Assembly: GCA_963749075.1 (NCBI GenBank)
Contig: CAVVLJ010000016.1
Span: forward strand, 736,001 to 800,000
DNA: 64,000 bases
Direction of reading: 5' to 3'
Origin: an uncultured Pseudomonadota bacterium
Lineage (GTDB): Bacteria; Pseudomonadota; Alphaproteobacteria; JACZXZ01
A program made the translations under genes and the position numbers. This document shows, piece by piece, positions 61,338-64,000 of this stretch. The notes below the pieces were generated by a model. That model worked only from the letters and a program-made list of their open reading frames with translations, searched no databases and had not been told where the DNA came from. Position 1 is the first letter of the stretch. Each line of letters opens with the position of its first letter.

Positions 61338-62342
61338 GTGAACATCGAGCGACCCTATCTCTTGTTCCTCGGCGACGCCCACGACGATCTCGCGGCCAAG
61401 ACCGCGCGAGGCATCAAGGATTGGCGGCCCGACTGGTGCATCGGCCAGTTGCGCCTCGAAGGCTGCAAGACGACGCTCGGCCTTCCCGACCTCTCGCTCG
61501 AGGAGGCCGTGGCAAAGGGGGCGAAGACGCTCGTCATCGGCGTCGCCAACCGCGGCGGGGTGATCGGGCCTGCCTGGGCGGCGAGCCTCTTGCACGCGGT
61601 CGAGCTCGGCCTCGATCTGGCGAGCGGGCTGCACAGCCGCCTCGAGTCCGTTCCCGGTCTCCAGGAGGCCGCGCGGAAACGCGGGCGCAAGCTGCACGAC
61701 GTGCGCCACCCGACCCAGGAATTCCCCCTCGGTACCGGCGAGAAGCGCTCGGGGAGGCGCCTCCTGACCGTGGGCAGCGACGCCTCGATCGGCAAGATGT
61801 ACACGACGCTCACCCTCGAGCGCGAGATGCGCGGCCGCGGCCTCAAGGCCGACTTCCGCGCCACGGGCCAGACCGGCATCTTCATCGCGGGCAGCGGCGT
61901 CTCGATCGACGCGGTGGTCTCGGACTTCGTCTCCGGCGCCGTCGAGTGGCTGACGCCGGCCAACGATCCCGACCATTGGGACCTCATCGAGGGCCAGGGC
62001 TCGCTCCTCCATCCCTCCTTCGCGGCCGTCACGCTGGGCCTCGTGCACGGCGCCCAGGCCGACGCCCTCGTGCTCTGCCACGAGCCCACGCGCAGCCACA
62101 TGCGCGGCCTGCCGAAGCAGCCCATGCCGAGCCCCGAGGAGACCATGGAGCTCTGCCTCAAGTGCGCCCGGCTCACCAACAAGGCGGCGCGCTTCGTGGG
62201 CGTCAGCATCAACAGCTCGCGGCTCGAGCCCGCGGCCGCGGCGAAATATCTCAAGGAGGTCGAGGCAAAGCTCGGGCTTCCCGCGGTCGATGCGGTGCGC
62301 ACCGGCACAGCCCGCATCGTCGACAATCTCGTGAAGGCCTGA
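61338..62342 (+). CDS. dgcN: D-glutamate N-acetyltransferase (DUF1611 family)
   Basis: YLLFLGD, AAKTARG, GKMYT, RATGQTG and IEGQGSL motifs; followed by dgcA. Confidence 0.88.
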   Translation: MNIERPYLLFLGDAHDDLAAKTARGIKDWRPDWCIGQLRLEGCKTTLGLPDLSLEEAVAKGAKTLVIGVANRGGVIGPAWAASLLHAVELGLDLASGLHSRLESVPGLQEAARKRGRKLHDVRHPTQEFPLGTGEKRSGRRLLTVGSDASIGKMYTTLTLEREMRGRGLKADFRATGQTGIFIAGSGVSIDAVVSDFVSGAVEWLTPANDPDHWDLIEGQGSLLHPSFAAVTLGLVHGAQADALVLCHEPTRSHMRGLPKQPMPSPEETMELCLKCARLTNKAARFVGVSINSSRLEPAAAAKYLKEVEAKLGLPAVDAVRTGTARIVDNLVKA

Positions 62343-62347
62343 GCGGC

Positions 62348-63328
62348 ATGCCGCGGCTCGCCGTCCGCCGCGAGCGCTTCGCCATACGCGGCGTCTTCAC
62401 CATCTCGCGCGGCTCGCGCCGCGAGTCCGAGGTCGTGGTGGCGGAGCTCTCCGAGGGAGGCCTCACAGGGAGGGGCGAGTGCGTGCCCTATGCCCGCTAC
62501 GGTGAATCGGTCGAGAGCGTGATGGCCGAGATCGCGGCTCAAGGCGCAGCGCTCGCGGCGGGCCTCGGGCGGAGCGGCTTGCAGGAGGCGCTTGCCCCCG
62601 GTGCGGCGAGGAACGCCCTCGATTGCGCGCTCTGGGATCTCGAGGCGAAGACGACGGGCGTGCGGGTCTGGCGCCTGGCCGGCCTCGCCGAGCCGCGGCC
62701 CGTCGTCACCGCCTACACCTTGAGCCTCGCTGATGCGGCGGCGATGGGGGAGGCGGCGCGCGCCAGTCGCCAGCGCCCGCTCCTCAAGCTGAAGCTCGGC
62801 GGCGAGGGCGACGTGGCACGGGTCGAGGCGGTGCGGGCCGCAGCACCGGGCGCCCGCCTCATCGTCGATGCCAACGAGGCCTGGACGCCCTCGATGCTGC
62901 CCGACTATCTTCCCGCGATGGCACGGCTCGGCGTCGCACTCGTCGAGCAGCCGCTCCCCGCCGGGCGCGACGAGGCGCTGGCGTACGTACCGCATGCGGT
63001 GCCGGTCGCCGCGGACAAGTCCTCCCATACGAGCGGCGACGTGGCGGCGCTCGTCGGGCGCTACGACGTGGTCAACGTCAAGCTCGACAAGACGGGCGGC
63101 TTGAGCGAGGCGCTCCGCCTCGTCGCGGCCGCCGAGGCGCTGGGGCTCGGCATCATGGTCGGCTGCATGGTCGGCACCTCGCTCGCCATGGCGCCGGCCA
63201 TGCTGATCGCCGGCCGCGCCGCCTTCGTCGATCTCGACGGCCCGCTCCTCCTGGCCGAGGACCGGCCGCACGGCCTCGCGTACGACGACGGCCGCGTTCA
63301 TCCGCCGGAGCCGGAGCTCTGGGGGTGA
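62348..63328 (+). CDS. dgcA: N-acetyl-D-Glu racemase / dipeptide epimerase (enolase superfamily)
   Basis: FTISRG, GECVPY, LKLKLG, DANEAW, EQP, KLDKTGG, GCMVG and DLDG motifs. Confidence 0.88.
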   Translation: MPRLAVRRERFAIRGVFTISRGSRRESEVVVAELSEGGLTGRGECVPYARYGESVESVMAEIAAQGAALAAGLGRSGLQEALAPGAARNALDCALWDLEAKTTGVRVWRLAGLAEPRPVVTAYTLSLADAAAMGEAARASRQRPLLKLKLGGEGDVARVEAVRAAAPGARLIVDANEAWTPSMLPDYLPAMARLGVALVEQPLPAGRDEALAYVPHAVPVAADKSSHTSGDVAALVGRYDVVNVKLDKTGGLSEALRLVAAAEALGLGIMVGCMVGTSLAMAPAMLIAGRAAFVDLDGPLLLAEDRPHGLAYDDGRVHPPEPELWG

Positions 63329-63365
63329 GGTGCGGCAGCATGGCTTTTTGCGCAAGGAGGTCGCG

Positions 63366-64000
63366 ATGAACACGGCGCTCAAGGCGGAGCTCGACGGCTT
63401 CAAGCGTTGGATCGGCAAGTGCCAAGAGACGCGCGACGTGCTGCTGCCGCTCCACGTGGCCGGGCTCGAGGCCATGCTGGACCGCGACGACGCCCTGCCG
63501 CGCGCGGGCGACGCGGCGGCACCAGGCGCCCATTGGCTCATCCGGCCGCGCTGGCTGCGCGCCTCCGAGCTCGGCGACGACGGCCATCCGCGGCGCGGCG
63601 GCTTCATGCCGCCGGTGCCGCTGCCGCGCCGCATGTGGGCGGGGAGCGTGCTCAGCCTCGGCGGGCCGCTCCGCGTGGGCGAGGAGATCCTGCGCCGCTC
63701 CGAGATCCGCGACGTGGCCGTCAAGGAGGGGCGCGGCGGCCTCCTCGTCTTCGTGAAGGTGCGCCACGAGTTCCACGGCTCGGCCGGCCTCGCGCAATGG
63801 GAGGAGCAGGACGTGGTCTACCGCGACGCGGCCGATCCCTCCCAGCCGGCGTCGGCGCCCGAGCCCGCCCCGCCCGACGGCCCCTGGCGGCGCAGCGTCG
63901 AGCCCGATCCCGTCATGCTCTTCCGCTACTCGGCGCTCACCTACAACGGCCACCGCATCCATTACGACCAGCCCTATGTGACGCAGGTCGAGGGCTATCC
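63366..64000 (+). CDS. MaoC/HTD2-like acyl-CoA dehydratase (mesaconyl/itaconyl-CoA hydratase-like), 3'-truncated by the window edge
   Basis: DGHPRRGGFMPPVPLPRRMWAG and FRYSALTYNGHRIHYD motifs; AAGGAGG RBS. Confidence 0.88.
   Translation, partial: MNTALKAELDGFKRWIGKCQETRDVLLPLHVAGLEAMLDRDDALPRAGDAAAPGAHWLIRPRWLRASELGDDGHPRRGGFMPPVPLPRRMWAGSVLSLGGPLRVGEEILRRSEIRDVAVKEGRGGLLVFVKVRHEFHGSAGLAQWEEQDVVYRDAADPSQPASAPEPAPPDGPWRRSVEPDPVMLFRYSALTYNGHRIHYDQPYVTQVEGY

Overview
A high-GC (about 70%) bacterial chromosome segment. Gene content (hspQ, hpnIJL, Crp/Fnr regulator, TRAP/Liv/Dpp/Pst transporters) suggests an alphaproteobacterium. Most of the window is ordinary transport and metabolism: TRAP permeases, a PheC-like protein, creatininase, a PAS-GGDEF-EAL protein, an LLM oxidoreductase, a two-subunit molybdoenzyme, two class V aminotransferases, ABC transporters, YcbB/YcbK, two GGT-family enzymes, pstSCAB with Pho boxes, hopanoid genes hpnI-J-L and dgcN-dgcA. 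The unusual signal is intergenic. (i) Six copies of a roughly 210-280 bp non-autonomous element (family A) carry 16-bp terminal inverted repeats around an inverted REP-like doublet. Three copies sit inside hairpins of other repeat families, with 10-12 bp target duplications, and the arm loops look like exchangeable modules. (ii) Inverted REP-like doublets (family B) bracket lower-GC cargo: a LEM-3-like GIY-YIG nuclease that splits the liv operon, and a 2.4-kb TPR islet bounded by a perfect 20-bp inverted repeat with a duplicated ggt 5' end. (iii) Other defence-like genes (SIR2, a PD-(D/E)xK-like ORF, MNT-HEPN, an orphan MNT with a truncated partner) lie next to repeats or to a duplicated dctM 3' end. 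No transposase, integrase, RAYT, rRNA, tRNA or CRISPR array was seen. Five +1 frameshifts and several C>T/G>A changes at conserved codons suggest consensus errors, so apparent pseudogenes need caution. All family assignments come from motif recognition by eye, not database searches.
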